A stretch of DNA of 64,000 nucleotides from Phaeosaccion multiseriatum (Eukaryota > Protista > Ochrophyta, other classes), in assembly GCA_965112735.1 (NCBI GenBank), contig OZ218952.1, forward strand, positions 1,736,001 to 1,800,000, in the 5' to 3' direction. The position numbers and the translations under genes are program-made. The stretch's first letter is position 1. Each line of letters opens with the position of its first letter. The notes under the pieces were generated by a model. That model was not told where the DNA came from. It did not search any database and was given only the letters and a program-made list of their open reading frames with translations. This document shows, piece after piece, positions 33,905-47,033 of the stretch.

Positions 33905-34669
33905 GCTGCTGCTGTTGTTGTTGTTGTGGTTGTGATTTTTGCTGTTGCTGCTGCTGTTGTTGTTGTTGTTGTTGGTGTTGGTGCCCCCCCCCCCATCCTC
34001 CTCGTCCTCTTCCCCGTCCTCCTCGTCCTCTCCCTCCAACTACACTCATGCCGAGATAATAGGCACAAATGAAGTGCGCCCACGGATGGCTTGTTACACC
34101 ATGCGCGTTGGTGATACAAGAGTTGGAGTTGGAGAGAGCATTGGACGGGCATGGGGCACGGGGCATGGGTCATAGGAAAGACAGAGCATGGGTGAGAGTG
34201 AGGACAGAGAGTACGGACTGCCATGAAAGATTCGGGGGAGCAAGAGAGGAAGAGTGGGGTTCATGGGTGGCCCAACTTACTTTACATCGTCCGTGGGGAT
34301 CCAGACCTCGACTGAACTTCCCACACCCCAGCCTTGGCAGCACAGAGGGCAATTAACGCCGGCATTGGCCCTTTGTGGTCCGGGCTGGTAGCAGCAGAGC
34401 ACACAGAAGAAGTCTTGTGGGGGGTGATGGGGGGAAGGAGTTGGAGGAGGGGGCCTGGCAGCCACACCGGGCTTGTGGAAGTAGCACTCTTGATGGACAG
34501 AGAGTTGGCAATCTGAGCATCGTAGAAGTGGGTTGTCGTCGCCCTGGCCCGTGACCAAGCAGATTGCGCAAACCTGGACGTCGATATTGCGAAGGATATG
34601 TTCGTAGGGAGAGGGAGAGAGAGGGAGCGAGAGAGGGAGAGAGGCGGGGGAAAGGGTGCGCGCGCGAGG

Positions 34670-34741
<72 letters not shown>

Positions 34742-35077
34742 AAGAGAGAGAGAAGAAGAAGAAGAGGGGGAGCGAGGGACAGAGAGAGTGATGGAGAGAA
34801 GAGGGGAGGGGGGGAGAGGAGAGAGAGGGAGAGGAAAAATACGGGGGTGAGGAGAGAGAGAGATAGAAATGGCGCGAATGTTGGATCTTCGACTTGTAGG
34901 CTCACCTCCACGTTATTGGTCGTCATATTGTCGTTGTCATGGGATCGGTACTGGAGTGTAAGAGAAGAGAGAGAGGGGGAAGGGGGGGATTCAGGGGGGG
35001 GAGGGAGATGGGACAGGGAGAACTGAAATTCTCACTGAGTGTATCAATCGCCTCTGCCATGGAACGATTGGCACCAT
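28115..35077 (-). CDS. Histone-lysine methyltransferase, G9a/SUV39-like (PHD-Zn knuckle-ePHD, poly-Q, Cys-rich, ankyrin, pre-SET, SET); start tentative
   Basis: PHD VCAICL..LLRCSDCQLSVHQECY; CPLC..WAHFIC; ePHD VCSVCQK..PCPRANTCRSYAHPWC..FCSEKCH; ANK GATAFHVAAAHNHVDLL; pre-SET DISNGRELRPIPWVNEVD..GCNC..YTCNYECAC; SET IFKTKAMGWGVRA..FEYAGEII, VIDAT, FVNHRC, ELFIHY, CTC. Exons join in frame by GT-AG. Confidence 0.85.
28806..28965. repeat. Minisatellite: 8 x 20-bp AGAGTAATGGTTTGTATGTC (intronic, AT-richer than surroundings)
   Basis: Directly visible head-to-tail units with few substitutions and no spacers. Confidence 0.95.
33829..33975 (-). repeat. Coding (CAA/CAG)n poly-glutamine tract in SET gene
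   Basis: In-frame Q runs within exon. Confidence 0.9.
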
Positions 35078-35287
35078 AGATGAAATAGATACACAGCCTG
35101 CATGCTTCTTTGTCTGCGCCTCCAACGAGCTTGTGTTATCGCTTTTCCTCGGAATCTCCTGGTTGCACTCTGCTTGTTGCTTTTTCTTGCCTTCTTCGCG
35201 GAGCCTTTCATCCTTCCCGGCTTTTCTCTTCCCCGTGCTGGACACCACCCACAGCAGAGAGGAGAGCGGAGAGGGGGCAGCATCGCC

Positions 35288-37017
35288 ATGGGAAAGAAGG
35301 CCTCAGCAGCAGTAGGAGGAGGAGGAGGAGGAGGAGGAGACGGAGCGGTTTCGATGGGGGTGGAGGGCGTTAAGGTCAATCTCCTCGACGATAGAACCAA
35401 GCTGCCTGTAGACAAGGTGGATGCCTCAAAGGCCGCCAGTGATAAAAAGACTTACCGCCTCTTACACCTCGAGAACGGCCTCAGGGTGCTGCTTGTGCAT
35501 GATGTTGTTGATGAGAGGCACGGAGGCGGAGGAGGAGAGGGGGGGTCAGATTCCGGATCCGGATCCGGATCCGAATCCTCCGGCTCAGAGGACGACGAGG
35601 GTAGTGACGGAGGTAGTGACGAGGATAGCGATGAGGGTAGCGACGAGGGTAGGCACTCTTCGGGCGGCGTGAAGCGGGCAGCTGCGGCCATGGCCTGCGG
35701 CGTGGGTAGCTTCAGCGACCCTCTGTGCTGCCAAGGGGTGAGTGAGGAGGGAGAAGGAAGAGAGGAGAGGGAGGAAGGAAGGGAAAGGGAAAGGGACTGG
35801 AGACCCTCTCTTGACACGTGCACCAACAAACGGCTCTCTTCTCCCTTGTTGCACGTCCCTTCGCCTCTGGCCGGCTCTCACTCTCCTGCGTCTACTAATC
35901 GCCTCGCCCCCCCCCCCCTTCCCTCTGGCCCCAAACGCCTTTTGCCCTCCTGCCTTGTTGTCTCAGCTCGCGCACTATGAGGAGCACATGCTCTTCATGG
36001 GCAGCGAGAAGTACCCCGACGAGAATGAGGTCAGCTGACACGCGCGTGCAAGCACACATATACACGCCTCCGTCTTAGGCCCCCACGCGGGGTCACGCGA
36101 AAACCCTGTCCTTTGCCCTCTCTCACCATGCTTCCCATCACCTCCTCCTCCTCCTCCTCCTCCTCCTCCTCCTCGCACACTCACCACCCACAGTACGACA
36201 CGTTCATCAGTGCGCACGGAGGGTCCAACAACGCTTACACAGAGACGGAGTACACGTTGTACTATTTTGACATCCTGCCGGAGCATTTCGGCAAGGTACA
36301 AGTGACAGACGTGTTCCTTTGGTTCTCTCTCTCTCTCTCTCTCTGACTCTGAAGCCCACGCTATGGGGGGGTCTTGATTCCATCTACAGGACTCACCCCC
36401 CATCCCATCTGCTCCGGGGACAATTTCCGCCTTTCTTTTGCTCCTGCTGCTCTTGATGCTGCTCCTCCTGCTACTGCTGTTGCTGCTGCTGCAATACCAC
36501 CCCATTCCACCCCACCCCAACCCGTCTCTTAGGGACTGGATATGTTCGCCCAGTTCTTCACCGCCCCTCTGATGAAGGAGGAGAGCAGCGACAGGGAACT
36601 GCAGGCCATAGAAAGCGAGTTTAACCTCAGCAAGAACAGCGACTCGTGTCGTCTGCAGGAGCTGTGGTAAGCGCGAGAAGGAGTAGGGGGAGGAGGAGAG
36701 TAAGGACTAGAGGGACGAGTAGAAGTAAGGAGCAGAAGGGCGAGTAGGTTAGATGAGTATCAGTAGAAGGAAGGGGTAGAAGGGGAGGAGGGAAGAAGAG
36801 AAGAGGAGGAGGAGGGTGGTGGGATGATGATGGCGGATGGATGGTGGAGAGAGAGCCGAAGAAAGCAGAGGGTGGGGGGGCGGGCATTGTTCCTTCCTGT
36901 CCTGTCCTGTCCTGTCCTGTCCTGGTGTGCTTACGTGTGCTTACGTGTGGGGAGTGGGTGGGACGGATCCAGTCATGGAACAAGTGCGCTAAAAGAGTCT
37001 GTATGTATGTGCCTGTG

Positions 37018-37050
<33 letters not shown>

Positions 37051-38259
37051 ACTCCCCCCAAGGTGCTCGGCCGCGAAGGAGGGACATCCTTTCGGGCGCT
37101 TCTGCTGGGGGAATCTTCAGAGCCTACGGTGAGTGAGTGAGTGAGTGAGTGGGTGAGTGAGTGAGCTGACTGAAGGCAGTGTAAAGGACAAAGAAAAGGG
37201 GGGGATGACACACACACTCACATCTGTGGGGTACTCTCTCTCTTTCTCTTCTGCCACTGCGCGCGTTTGTGTGGGTTGGGGCCGCCACTGCTGTATATGA
37301 CCAACTGTTGCACCTCCAGGCACGACCCCCTCGCTGCTGGAGTAGACGTTCGCCAGCAACTTCTCGACTTCCATAAGAGGTTCGTTGTCTCACTGTTTTA
37401 AGGATGGCTTGGGGGGATACAGGAGTGGGGGAGCTGGGATGGAGGGGATGGAGGGGTTGGGATGAGCTATCTGCCATAACTCACCCCTCCCCTCCCCATC
37501 CATTGTGCTGAACCGGCCCCCATCATCATCTGGGGTAGTGCATTCACGCCCCCTCTTCATCCACTATAATTACGTAATGCTTAGGTTGATTCGCCTATGT
37601 CAAATATATATCGTCCTCCTCTTTTCTGTAACTGTATCCAATCACCCCCCTCCTCTGAAAGGTACTACTTTGCGTCTCGCATGCAGCTTGCGGTGATTGG
37701 GACTCACTCTCTTGACGAGCTCGAGCAAATGGTGAGAGAGTCCTTCTCGGACATCAGAGCCCAGCCAGAGACCACCGAGGGGGGGGAGGCAGGTGCAGAA
37801 GCAGCAGCAGCAGCAGCCGCAGCAGCCGCAGCAGCAAGAGCAGGAGGAGGGGGCGGGGCGAAGAGAGCAAAGGGAGAGGCAGGAACCGCCGCAGCAGGAG
37901 CAGTAGCAGGAGCAGTAGCAGGAGCAGTTGTAGCAGCGCATGAGGAAGACACAGCCACAGGAGTAGGAGGGTTCCCTTACCTCTCGTTCAAGCGAAACGG
38001 CATGCCCCTGGCCGAGGGTATGTTGGGCCGGGTGTGGCGCGTGCAGCCCATTAAGGACATTCACAACCTCTACGTCACTTGGCAGGTGGGTGTGGGTGCG
38101 TGCACTCGTGTCAGGAGAGGGTGGGTGCGTGCGTGGCGGGGTGGGTGGGTGGGTGGGTGAGTGAGTATCAGGACAGGGTGGAGCCTGTCTCAGATGCTGA
38201 TTCTGACTGTCCCCTTTCCCTTGTCTCTCTCCGCCCCCTTCTCTCCTTTGGCCCCTCCC

Positions 38260-38290
<31 letters not shown>

Positions 38291-38825
38291 CATGTGTGTG
38301 TTTTCTTCTCCTTCCTCAGCTACCGCCCCAGCTCGGCAGCTACCGTCAGAAAAACTGTCAGTACATCAGCCACCTCATTGGCCATGTGAGTTTCAGCTCA
38401 CTTTTCCAGCCAGTGTGACGATTTGCCTGCGGTCCCAGCCAGTGTCAGGCGCCATCTCAGTGTTGTTTACCTTCCAGAGATGCATCCATGCTCACTCTCT
38501 TGCCGTCTCTCATGCACCCGCTGGTGTAACGCCTCATTCTCTGCTGTCCACCCGTCCCACTCGCTTGCTCCACCCAGGAGGGCAAGGGAAGCATTCTCTC
38601 CTTCTGCAAGGCGCAGGGGTGGGCCACGGTGAGTAGAATTCATTGTACGAGGCCTCACAAGTAGCTGGAAGTTGCGAAGTACCAACAGTTGGCTCACAGT
38701 TGGGTCGTGGGCGCTGCTCTGGATGGGCCTTGTGTGGCTCTGCTCCTCTTCTTCTTACCTCTCCTGCATATCTCGGTCCTCATCTTCGTCTTCTGTTCCT
38801 CCTCCTCCTCCTCCTCCTCCTCCTC

Positions 38826-38879
<54 letters not shown>

Positions 38880-39861
38880 CACCCTCCTTTTACTCCTTCA
38901 GGGCCTGTCCTCAGGAGTGGACAGTGGAGGCCATGAGAACGGCACGAGCAGCGCCCTCTTTACTGTGACCTTCAACCTCACAAAGGCGGGGGTGCGTGCG
39001 TGGCCCCTCATTCTCTCTGTTCTGTACCGTTACATTGGCATGCTCGCCAGAGAGGGCCCCAAGGTGAGAGGAAGGATGGAAAGATGGAAGGACAGGAAGG
39101 ATATGACTTGACTTGGAGGAGGAAAGATGGAAGGAAGGATGGACACATGCACCAAGTACTGAGAGAAAAGAGGAAGAACGGAGAACGGACACCGGCATGG
39201 AGTTGTGCGAAAACAAGAGAGCAGACAGGAAAGGAAGGGAAGGGCAGCGCGGCTCCTGACATTGCAAACATCCCTCCTGCTCTGCTCTCCTCTCCTCTCC
39301 TCTGCTCTACTTGCCCTCCACGGACAATTCTCGCGCTTAACTGAAATATACGCACACGCACACACACACACACTCACACACGCACACACACAAACACACA
39401 CATGCGACCACTCCAGGAGTGGATCTTCAACGAGCTGCAGAACCTCTCGCGCATCAGTTTCGACTTTCAGGAGGAACAGGACCCCAGCGACTACGCAGAG
39501 CAGCTCGCAGCGCAAATGCTGCCCATGTTCCAGTACGCAGAGGTAAGCAGTTGGTGATACAAGCAGCAGTTGGCGATACCAAGCTGCAGGGCAAGTTGGT
39601 GATATACAAGTAGCAGTTGACGATATACCCAAACAGCAGGGCAAGTAGAAGGTGACGTTGTACAAGGGGTAGTGTTGTTCTTCGCTGTCTGTTGCTCTAC
39701 CACAAACAAACGGACCTCGGTCGCCTCCCTCGCCCCCTCACATCAGGACCACCCCCCTCTCTTTGTCTCTTGCTCCATTCCCCACCCCCCTGCAGGAGGA
39801 CTTGCTCAGAGGGCCTTACTTGCACTCGGAGTACAGCCCGGACCAGATAAGCGAGGTGAGC

Positions 39862-39924
<63 letters not shown>

Positions 39925-42356
39925 GGGGTGAGGGTGAGGATGGGGGTGAGCGTGAGGGTGAGCGTGAGGGTGAGCGTGAGGGTGAGGGTGGGGGTGAGTG
40001 TGAGGGTGAGGGTGAGGGTGAGGATAAGGGGTGAAGGTCCGGGGGGAGGCGGAGGGGGAGAGTGAGGGTCGGCGTGTGCTTGTGTATCCCAGGGGGGTTA
40101 GACGTCTTTGGTCGTCCCTCCCTATCCCGCACGCTTCTCGCACTTCTCTTCTCTCGCCGGCCGAGGTGCCCGACCGAGTGTTTCCACGCCCTCATGATGT
40201 TTGTGTGCTGTTCTTTCCGCGTTCCCCCCTTTCCCCTCCCTCCCTTTCCCCTGTGCTAAAGGTGGTGAGTATGCTGACTCCACGTAGGGCGAGAGTCGAC
40301 ATTCAGTCTAGTCTCTTCGGGAGAAGCAACGGCAGCAGTGGAGAGAAGGAAGCGACAGGGAAAGGGGAAGGGGAAGATGGGCATGAGAAGGACATGGACG
40401 AAGAGGAAGACGAAGAGGACGACAGCGGGGACGGCGATGACAGCATGGGCGGGGAGGAGGAGGAGGAGGAGGAGGAGGAGGAGGAGGTGGGGGAGGAGGA
40501 GGAGCAAGACGACGAGAGCAAGGCCGTGCATGAGCTGTGCCTGAAGCCTGCCGCATGGAAGACGGAGCCCATCTTCCAGACGCAATTCTGCGATGACCCC
40601 ATCCCAGAGGATATGATGAAGTCGTGGGAAGAGGCCATGATGGCGACGACGACGACCGAAGCGGCGGCTGCAGTATCACCAACCACTGCGGCTGCTATGG
40701 AAGAGGAAGGAGGGGAAGGAGGGGAAGTGCTGGAGCTCACTCTCCCTACGCCGAACCCCTTCGTCCCCGCAGACTTCAAGCTGAGGGCTGAGAGGGGGGC
40801 GGAGAATGACACACATACGGTACGAGCCGTGTGCGTGTGCGTGTGCGTGTGCGTGTGCGTGTGCGTGTGCGTGTGCGTGTGCGTGTGCGTGTGTTTGCGG
40901 GTAGATCAGGACAGGGCAATGGGATCATTCCCCCCCCCCATTCTCTTTGACTCTTCTCTCTGTATGTCCCACTCTCATCCTCCCCTCTCCCCTATCCCCT
41001 CCCCTCCCCTCCCCTCTCTGCTGCCTCTCCCTCTCCCCCCACCCGTCTCTCCTCTACTCTCTGTCAGACGTTTGAGTCCTTTGGAGGTGAAGGCCAGTGT
41101 GGCTGGCAAGTCCCCAAGGAGATGCCCCCCGTCCCCGACCTTCTCAGTCTGGACCCCTCCACAAAGGGACGCACGGACCTCAAACTGTGGTTTCTGCAGG
41201 TTCGTGGGTGTGTTTGGGGGGGGTGGGGGGTGGATGTGGGTGGGTGGGGGGTAGGTGGATGGATGGGCGGATGGGTGCGTGTGGAAGAGAGAGGGAGGGT
41301 GGGGGGAGGGGGGGGGGAGGGCATGCGAAAGAGAGTCAGAGTCGAGAGAGAGAGAGGGAAGGGAGAGGGGGACAGAGATACGCCTCCTCAGCTGAAAGTG
41401 TGGTGCGAAGGCCCCATCCTTCCTCATTTCATCGTGTTTTAAAGACTTTCTTCGCCCCTTCGTCCCTTCTTCCCTCTCCTTCCCTCCCCTCCCCTCCCCT
41501 TCCCTTCCCTCCCCTCCCCTCCCCTTCCCTCCTCCGCTCCCTTCCACTCAGGACAAAGTGTTCTTCACTCCCCGTCTCGAAGTCTTCCTCAAGCTCGCCA
41601 CTCGCGTGGCCAACGAATCCCCCGCCAGCGCCGCCCTCACTGACCTTGCTGTACGCGTGCTCAACGATGGCCTCACCGAGTACGCGTACATGGCCGAAGT
41701 CGCGGAGCTGAGTTACACGCTATCCCCCAAGGATCTGGGCCTGCAGGTGAGTGAGCGTGTGTGTGTGGGTATGTGTGTGTGGGTGTGTGGGTGCGTGTGG
41801 GTGGGTGTGTGGGTGCGTGTGTGCGTATGTGTGTGTGTGTGTGTGAGTGAGCGTGTGTGTGTGCGTGGGTGTGTGTGGGTGTGTGTGGGTGTGTGGGCGC
41901 GTGTGTACGTATGTGTGTGTGTGTGTGTCTGTGTGTGTGTCTGTGCTGTGTGTGTGTGTATGTATGTGTGTGTGTGAGTGTTACATGCTCTCGGCGAAGC
42001 ATATGGGGCTGCAGATGAAGAGGCGGTGGTGTGGGTGTGGGTGGGCGGTTGGTTGAGTGGGTATGTGGGTGTGTGCGTGTGTGTGCCTGTGTGTGTGTGC
42101 GTGTGTGTGTGTGCGTGGTGTGTGTGTGTGTGTGTGCGTGTGTGTGTGTGTGCGTGTGTGCGTGTGTGTATGTGTGTGTATGTGTGTGTCTGTGTGCGTT
42201 TGGTGTGGCGTGTGTGTTCTTGTGGGCCTGCGAGGATCAGGGCGTGGGAGAACGAAAGGAAAAGGCTCAGCTTCAGAACTTCGTTGGCTGACTCGTTTTC
42301 TGACCAGGTTACCCCTCCCTCCCTCCCTCCCTCCCTCCCTCCCTCCCTCCCTCCCT

Positions 42357-42389
<33 letters not shown>

Positions 42390-43037
42390 CCCTCCCTCCT
42401 CCAGATTCACGTGCGCGGCTTCAGCCACAAGGCCCCAGAGCTCCTCCGTGAAGTGTTGCAGCGCGTCTTCTCACCCGAGCAATTCCTCACCCCTCGTGCC
42501 TTGGCCATGCAAAGAGAGGCCCTCACACGCTCTTACGCCAATGCGAACATGAACCCTGCCGCACACTCCACAGCGTAAGTCAGTGAATATGCGAATGAGC
42601 GAGTGAGAGAGTGAGGGAGGGCGTGAGTGAGTAAGTGAGCGAGCGAGTGGGGTGGGTTGGGTGGGTGGGTTGGGTGCCGTAAAAAATGCCCGTACGCGTT
42701 CTTGTGCTCTCGCTGTCTCCATCTGTGGCCTGTACCACTAGGTCTATAACCTAACACTTACATAACAGTTACTTAACGTTGTGTAACAGACTGCGGCTGC
42801 GCTTCCTGTTGGAGCGGCACTGGAGCGCGGAGAGTAAACTCAAGGCCCTCTCCGACGACGGCCTGGGCACTTCGGTGGAGGAGGTTTGTACCGACTTACT
42901 GACTCTTGCTGCCTCTCACTGACTTTCTGCTTCTTACTGGCTCTTGCTGCGTTGTATTGAGTGATCATCTTCGATGGTTTGTCCTTGCTTTGTGTTGTCT
43001 TTGTCTGGCTTGTTTTGCAATACTTACAAAAAGCTTA

Positions 43038-43068
<31 letters not shown>

Positions 43069-43545
43069 TCCCCCCCAAGATGGTGAGCTTCATGAAGCGG
43101 CTGCTCTCTCCTGACGCCCTGGTGATGGAGGCTTTTGCTCATGGGAACTTGGATAAGACAGAGGCACTGGGCATCGGCAAGATGATTAGAGAGGTGAGGG
43201 AGTGGGTGAGACAGTGGGTGAGGGAGTGGGTGAGATAGTGGGTGAGGGAGTGGGTGAGGGAGTGAAGCATTACACGCGGGGAGGGGAGTGAAGTGGAGTG
43301 GAGAGGAATGGGAGCGGAGTGGAGTGGATTGGATTGGATTGGATTGGAGTGGAGCGGAGTGGAGTGGAGTGGAGTGGAGTGGAGTGGAGTGGAGAAGAAG
43401 GGGAGACGGACGAGGATGAGGCGGAGGCGGATGCGGAGATACAAAGGAGGGAAAGGGATAAGCCCCCCCCCGCCCGCCCTCCCTCCCTCCCTCTCGCTCT
43501 CCACCAAGCCCGAGCCTGACCCACCTCTCCATCCCCCCCCCCCCC

Positions 43546-43584
<39 letters not shown>

Positions 43585-45571
43585 CTAAGATCACGGGCAG
43601 TGACTCCCCCTCTTCTGCCGCTGCCGGGCCTGAGCACCCTTCGCAGAGCTGTCTGCTCATTCCAGAGGGGAAGCGCCTCTTCACCTTCGAGCCCACCAAA
43701 GACGACGGGCAGCCGAACTCAGGTAGGGAGGGAGGGAGGGAGGGAGATGGAGGGATGGAGGGTACTCTGGAGGGAGAGAATGGAACGGGAATTGGATTCG
43801 AAAGGGAAGCACTTTTTTATGTCCCGTTAAAGGACTGCTGACCATCCTGCTTCGGCTTATTCCGAGTGCCAAATTGACTTTCCTTGTGTAAGGAAGGGGC
43901 GGTGTCAAGAGCCCACCAGCCTGGGGGGACCTTCTGTGCTCCCCAGACCAGGGCTCTGACCGGGACACACACACACACATACATACATACGTACATACGT
44001 ATTGTGTGCGTGAGTTGGGGTTCAGTCACCGCCGGAGGGGGGGGGTCTCCGATACGAGTTAGTTAGAAAGAAGTGGTGGATGTGAGGATTTCGGCAATTG
44101 AGTTCCCCTCCATTCCAAAACTGTTGGGATCTTTCCCCTCTCCTCCTGCTCCTCCTCCCCTCCTCCTCCTCCTACTCCTCCTCCTCCTCCTCCTCCTGAA
44201 CCCCCTCCCCCCCTTCTTCCTCCTCCTTACCCCTCAAACACAGCCTTGGAGATGTACTGGCAGATTGGTCCTGACGACTTGCCAACACGCGTGCTACTTG
44301 ACGTGGTGGAGCAACTCATGGAGGAGCCCTTATACGATCAGCTGAGGACGAAGGAGCAGTTGGGCTACAGCGTCAGTTGCGGCACTAGGCTCACTGCGGG
44401 TGAGATGGGAGAGATGGAGAGGGAGGTGGGGAGGGACGGGAAGGGAAGGGAGGAGGGGGAGAAGAGGGTGAGAGAGAGAGAGAGAGAGGAAAGAGAGAAG
44501 GGAGGGAGGGACGGAGGGACGGAGAGAGAGAAAGAGCAACAGAAAAGAGGAGGGAGAGAAGGGGGGGCAGAGCGTACTGTGGGTGGGAGGGACGCGTGTC
44601 GCGGAAACCAAAACCGAAACCGAAACCACAACTTGTCTGCTCAACCCAAACACCCGAATACCCTCACACCCACCCCATCCTCTCCTCCCCTCTCCTCAGG
44701 CGTAATGGGCTTCTGCATCCGTGTGCAGAGCGCTGCCTATGGCCCCGCGCACCTCATGCACCGTGTCGAGGCCTTCCTCATTGACTTCCTCACCAAGCTC
44801 AAGGCCATGACGCAGGAGGACTTCCAGACGCAGGTGTATGGGTACATGGGTATGGTGTTGGATGGGTACATGCATGTGGGGGTATATGGGTGGTTGGGTA
44901 GGTGCTTGGGGTGGGGTGGGCAGGCGAATGCTCCTTTGTGTCTAACTTCTCTCTGCCCTCTCCCTCTCTCCCCAGCTGTCTCTGTTGTTTCCCGCTTTGT
45001 GATTTGCTGATTCCCGCCCGTCCGCCCGCCGTGCCTCCCCATATGCCTGCCCTGCCTGCCTGTACGCCCGTTTGCCGACCACCGCATGCAGGTGGCCGCG
45101 CTGGCCAAAAACAAACTGCAACCCGACCCCGCCCTGAGCGACCTCTCCTCTCGCCTGTGGTCCTGCGCCTTCCACCGCCAATACGACAAGTTCGGCGTGC
45201 ACCCGGCTGAGGCGCGTGCCCTTGCTGACGTGACCAAGCAGCAGGTCATGCAGGCCTATTGCTCCTGGCTGCTGGACAAGGGGGACACCAAGACAGCCAA
45301 AGCCAGAGCTGGGCTGCAGGAGGAGGAGGAGGGGAAAGGGGCCGGTGCAGCAGTTGGTGATACGGCGACCGACCCACAGCGTTTGGTGGTGATGGTGTGC
45401 GGGAAGGGCGTGTCGGTGGAGGAGGAGAAAGCCAAGGTGGTGGCAGGAGCAGGAGCAACAGCAGCAGCGGCAGGAGCAACAGAGGGTAGGCTGGGGCTGG
45501 AGCTCCACGACGCCATGGTGTGGAGGAAGGAGGGCGGGATGAAGTCTGCCTTCCACAAGCCCTGCGGCTGA
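35288..45571 (+). CDS. Insulinase-family (M16A) zinc metallopeptidase, nardilysin/IDE-like, ~18 exons
   Basis: [22 protein letters not shown], acidic insert, [29 protein letters not shown] (HxxEH), [51 protein letters not shown]. Confidence 0.93.
39856..40022. repeat. (GTGAGG)n hexamer run at the 5' end of an intron
   Basis: Directly visible; each unit resembles a 5' splice site. Confidence 0.95.
41747..42200. repeat. Degenerate (GT)n tract, intronic
   Basis: Directly visible. Confidence 0.93.
43753..43965 (+). repeat. Dispersed structured intronic element, copy B (M16 peptidase intron), followed by (CA)n
   Basis: Near-identical reverse complement of 25058-25290. Confidence 0.9.
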
Positions 45572-47033
45572 CTGATGAGAATCCCGTGGGTTCTCGAAGT
45601 ACCCTTGGTGGATTTGAGAGGGACTGTCCGTTGAGGGGGTGAGGGGCTCTGATTGAGGAGCCGAGGGGCTGATTTCGGCCGCCGGCAAGGGTGTGTGTGG
45701 TTCTCTTGTAGGTCCCCCCCAGTCAGTGGCAGCCGGCCATCCATTGCCATCCAGGTCCTGTTTCCAATTTGGAAGATACCAGATAAAGCCTTGCCGAGGG
45801 CCCTCTGGTTGATGGGGAGTTGTGGTCTTGTAGTAAAGGTTTTGGAGTGGAGGGAGGCAAGGAAGGGGGGAAGTACAAGAGTCGTACAGAGGGGCAGTAG
45901 CCCTCTTCCCGAAGAAGGGGGATGGAGGGAGGGGGGTTTTCTCGTTTGGGCGACACGTGTACTGCAGAGGCTTGAGACGCTCGTTGGGTATTTGATGGGT
46001 AAGCTCGTTGGTTGCCATGACTCATCGAAACTCAAACACGAGGAGAGAGGGAGAGAGGGACGTCCTCACCCCTCGCTATCACCTCAACCTCAGCACCTCA
46101 GCCGCTCCTCAGTGACTCGATCCTACTACCACTTCTCCTGTCCTACGTACGTGCACACACACGTAAGTAGGTTGAGTCCTGCCCTCCTGCCGCGCTCTAA
46201 CAATGAAAATAAGACCGACAAACGACTGAAAGAAAGATTGGCAATCGATTGCAAACGCGTACGTTCAGTTTCAGTTTTGGGGGGAATCCCCAGGGGGCCT
46301 TCAACAGAGAGAGGCGAGGACAGGAGACACAAAAGGGGCACTGCAGCTACAGAAAGGACACCAGGCTGCCTCTCCTTCCAGGCTACAGAGGTAAGGGAAC
46401 GAAGAAGCTCTCGTCGTCGCTGTTATCGGGGAAGGCTCTTGGAAGTGGGGAAGGTTGGTTTTGTTCCGGGTCCTTATCCCCCCGCAAGTTGATGTCGGGC
46501 CCTTTCTTTGCTGTCTCCTACCCGTACCTTGCCCTGGAGCCAAGCCTCTTCTCCCTGTATTCTGATGTGTCAGCATTCTCGGCGTTTCCTCTACTGGTGC
46601 TGCTCTGCATGGACAAATCAAATGTTGACCCCTCTTCGTCCCCAACTGAATCTCTCATGCTCTCGTCCCCCACCCTTCCCTCTTCGCTCTCTTGGCCCTT
46701 CATTACCCGCCCCTGCCCTTCTCACCACACCCACCTATTTTATCCCTACCACTCTTGCGCTGGTCTCCCCTCCCGCGGGAGCCAGGCCGAAAGCCAACCA
46801 TGTTGCCCTCTAACCCCCCTCTACACCACACTTTCTTCGCCCCTCACTCACGCAGACCGTCTAAAGTTGGGGCGAGTGAGACGGAGGACGCGGCAGGAGT
46901 AGCTCTTAGAGGAGGGGCGTAAAGGAAAGGGGGTTGTTGACTCGGACCGTGGCTCAGGAGGGAGTGGAGAGGTCAGCTTGGGTGTTGGGGGGGAGAGAGA
47001 GTCTGACGGGGGGGAGCTTCGTCTGTCACCACC

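Noticed and set aside
35102-35287. Upstream hydrophobic extension (MLLCLRLQ...) of the M16 peptidase as signal peptide
   Set aside because: Lies in the short divergent promoter; the ATG at 35288 (CGCCATGG) is the more plausible start, but this is not excluded.
43753-43965. Known riboswitch/ribozyme (TPP, cobalamin, hammerhead, twister) as identity of the intronic element
   Set aside because: Required conserved cores not found by eye; left as unclassified.
45653-46902. ORFs of 217-279 aa between the M16 and RING genes
   Set aside because: No recognisable motifs; the sequence looks like UTR plus a probable 5'-UTR intron (46390-46855).
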